A stretch of DNA of 61,406 nucleotides, counting the filler. It is 4 parts of 4 records of this genome, joined end to end, with 100 filler letters (N's around TTAATTAATTAA, not from the genome) between each part and the next. Parts side by side here need not be neighbours in the genome. Positions count along the whole stretch, not along the records: positions 56,011 to 61,406 come from SRR31156797_8755; 3 more parts are not named here. One strand, 5' to 3'. How positions within the stretch are numbered: position 1 is the stretch's first letter; each line of letters opens with the position of its first letter. This document shows positions 60,649 to 61,406 of this stretch, piece by piece. Position numbers and translations under genes: made by a program. The notes under the pieces are model-generated. The model was not told the DNA's origin and searched no databases. It saw nothing but the letters and a program-made list of their open reading frames with translations.

Positions 60649-61406
60649 ATGCATTATCATTTAAGGCTAGAAAATATCGTACTTGAAGCCAATCCTAAAA
60701 AGAAGATTAGCGACTTTAAAGCCTTTTATAACGATTATTTAAACAAAAAATCACAATTTGATTACAATTATACACCATATGAGCTAAAAAATCCATCATA
60801 TAATGATTTTTTGAAAATTGTATTACCAAAACATGTTAAAACACCAAAACATTTCAAGACAAATGAAGGGAAAATAATCCTTCTACATACAATTGCACAT
60901 ATTGAGTATAGTGCAATTGATTTAGCTCTTGATGCAGCATTAAGATTTAAAGATTTACCAGATGAGTATTATGATGATTGGTTAGAAGTTGCAAATGATG
61001 AAGTTCGACATTTTGAGATGCTTGAGGGCTTACTTAAAGAATTAGGTTCTTATTATGGCGAGTTAGAAGTTCATACAAACCTTTTTGAAGCAATGAAAAG
61101 TACACCTGATTTATTATCAAGGATGGCTGTTGTTCCAAGGTTTTTAGAAGCAAATGGTTTAGAACAAAATCCAAAGATTATGGAGAAATTAAACTCAAAC
61201 ATTGATGACTTTAATCAAAAGATATTAGATGCATTAGAAATTATTTTAGAAGAAGAGGTTGATCATGTAACAAAAGGTGATAGATGGTTTAAATTTGAGT
61301 GTGAAAGACAAGGTCTAGACCCGGAAAAAACTTATATTGAGATACTTGAAAGAGTATTTCCAGGAAGTACAACAAAAAAATATCAATTAAATATTGAAGC
61401 AAGAAA
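60649..61406 (+). CDS. Ferritin-like DUF455 family protein, 3' truncated at window end (not in ORF track)
   Basis: AAGGA RBS; LLHTIAHIEYSAIDLA, DEVRHF, VPRFLEANGL and EEVDHVTKG motifs; no stop before the end. Confidence 0.88.
   Translation, partial: MHYHLRLENIVLEANPKKKISDFKAFYNDYLNKKSQFDYNYTPYELKNPSYNDFLKIVLPKHVKTPKHFKTNEGKIILLHTIAHIEYSAIDLALDAALRFKDLPDEYYDDWLEVANDEVRHFEMLEGLLKELGSYYGELEVHTNLFEAMKSTPDLLSRMAVVPRFLEANGLEQNPKIMEKLNSNIDDFNQKILDALEIILEEEVDHVTKGDRWFKFECERQGLDPEKTYIEILERVFPGSTTKKYQLNIEAR

Overview
The window joins four unrelated contigs with artificial 100-nt N/TTAATTAATTAA spacers (18763-18862, 29002-29101, 55911-56010), so gene adjacency across spacers is meaningless. Contig A (1-18762) is AT-rich and Arcobacteraceae/Campylobacterota-like. 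It carries aroE, priA, ciaB, tRNA-Cys, an islet of unannotated microproteins with a candidate sRNA, a GT2/flippase/ArnT cluster, rho, hicBA, murI, and dnaX with an A11 slippage-like run. Contig B (18863-29001, AT-rich, origin uncertain) carries a 2430-aa Ser/Thr kinase-ATPase-histidine kinase hybrid, a REC-GGDEF cyclase and a secreted caspase-like/FGE protein. Contig C (29102-55910) has visibly higher GC and looks Desulfobulbales-like. Its best candidate for a new system is a co-oriented cluster behind a sigma54-type promoter with tandem palindromic enhancer sites, next to an NtrC-type two-component pair. The cluster encodes a trypsin-like protease fused to an endonuclease, three unknown proteins, a free-standing copy of a subtilase prodomain, and a subtilase with a tail of Cys/Thr/Arg/Pro repeats. 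Contig C also has a rhodanese-like selenoprotein that the ORF track cuts short (in-frame UGA plus SECIS-like hairpin), rubrerythrin, an apbE-nqrABCDEF operon and an interrupted yjbQ. Contig D (56011-61406, Arcobacteraceae-like) carries a partial ccsBA, cmoB, two degenerate GGDEF paralogues with a shared TIDLF tail, an MBL hydrolase and a partial DUF455 gene. All family and taxonomic calls come from motif recognition by eye; no searches were run.
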